DNA of 64,000 nt from positions 28,463,145 to 28,527,144 of the forward strand of contig OZ316891.1 in the NCBI GenBank assembly GCA_973895155.1. The letters run 5' to 3'. The position numbers and the translations under genes are program-made. Position 1 is the stretch's first letter; every line of letters begins with the position of its first letter. This document shows, piece by piece, positions 63,159-64,000 of the stretch. This stretch comes from Marsupella aquatica. Taxonomy: Eukaryota > Plantae > Marchantiophyta. The notes below the pieces were generated by a model that was not told the origin of the DNA, did not search any database, and saw only the letters and a list, made by a program, of their open reading frames with translations.

Positions 63159-64000
63159 CTATTCCATCAAAATACATCAAGGCCCCAAGGTCTGCATTGA
63201 TTTGAGCCTTTGCAAATGGACAAAAAACCTTCCACATGATATTCTTGGTCTAGGCCCTCCTCACATGCCACGTACAAAAGGTGATGGGAACATTTCGGGA
63301 AGACATTGTTGCGAGGCAACACGCAAGGCAGTCTCGATTAACAAATATTCGGATGTCGATAATGAAATAGAATGAAATCAGGTGCAATTCTGGGGATGGG
63401 AGCATAATTTATTACGTTATGGCAATTTGCTCCTCATCTGAGACATCAATCATCCAGCGGTTTGGATGCCATGGAACGTCGTTGCCCATATCTGATCTCT
63501 TCTGGTTTGCAGCTCCTTTGAGGTTTATCAATATGGTAGTGACTTGCATTGTTGTGTACCTCTGGAGGACTGCAAATGCAACATGGATTGCATTCTGAAA
63601 TTTATCAAACACCACAACGGTGTAAAATGGGAATTGCACATTGGAACAATTCAAAGCATACTCAGGCATTGTGATTGTGTTAATCCAGTCAGCATGGGTG
63701 GAATGTTGGAAATCCTACATTGTGTAGTGTGAATAATATTTACCTCACAATGATTTGTGCCAAATGTGGCATCGAAGCCCACAGCACCGTCGTGACCAAG
63801 CTGAGCCAACTTTTTCCTTTGCCAATCGGTACACCATGCCAAGATGAAGGGTTGGTTGTCTGATTTTACTTGGGGCTGGTAAAACAATACATCTGACTTG
63901 TTTTGTAGGTCTTGGACCTAGTTGTGAACACCAATTGCGTCATCTGTTGTGTAAAATGGCTGTCTTCGACGCATTGCCTCTCTAACTGTCCAAATGTCTT
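63159..64000 (-). pseudogene. Intron-containing MULE-domain transposase fragment of a different family, continuing beyond the window
   Basis: QPFILAWCTDWQ...GFDATFGTN; FPFYTVVVFDKFQNAIHVAF...WMIDVSDEEQIAI; a further exon reads FCTWHVRRAW (CxxH motif). Confidence 0.8.

Overview
This is a eukaryotic, transposon-dense plant window (GT-AG introns, CCCTAAA motifs, plant-type RPL18a and EDM2-like sequences). An early-diverging land plant is my guess only. No intact host gene is visible. The window holds nested elements: (i) two related large CACTA/En-Spm elements (<1-13723 and ~17420-54780, minus strand) with a cargo cassette upstream of TnpD (F-box, tandem BRCT, stand-alone EDM2-type PHD module, Cys-rich ORF) and, in copy 2, a captured RPL18a last exon; (ii) remnants of two more CACTA elements; (iii) a 6.9 kb L1 LINE with a 17-bp TSD; (iv) a 3.85 kb TG...CA LTR-like unit with an internal ORF; (v) a Mutator-like element (22255-32749, 9-bp TSD), a truncated second copy, and a further MULE transposase at the right edge. 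The best candidate for a new system is the Mutator-like element. Divergent from its GCM/DDE/SWIM transposase, it carries an intron-containing gene for a ParB/Srx-like domain fused to a beta-class N4C/N6A methyltransferase-like fold. Its introns and intergenic regions carry about ten copies or half-sites of an 18-bp palindrome (RCTAGCGA-NN-TCGCTARY) reminiscent of parS. All domain calls are by-eye motif recognition, not database searches.
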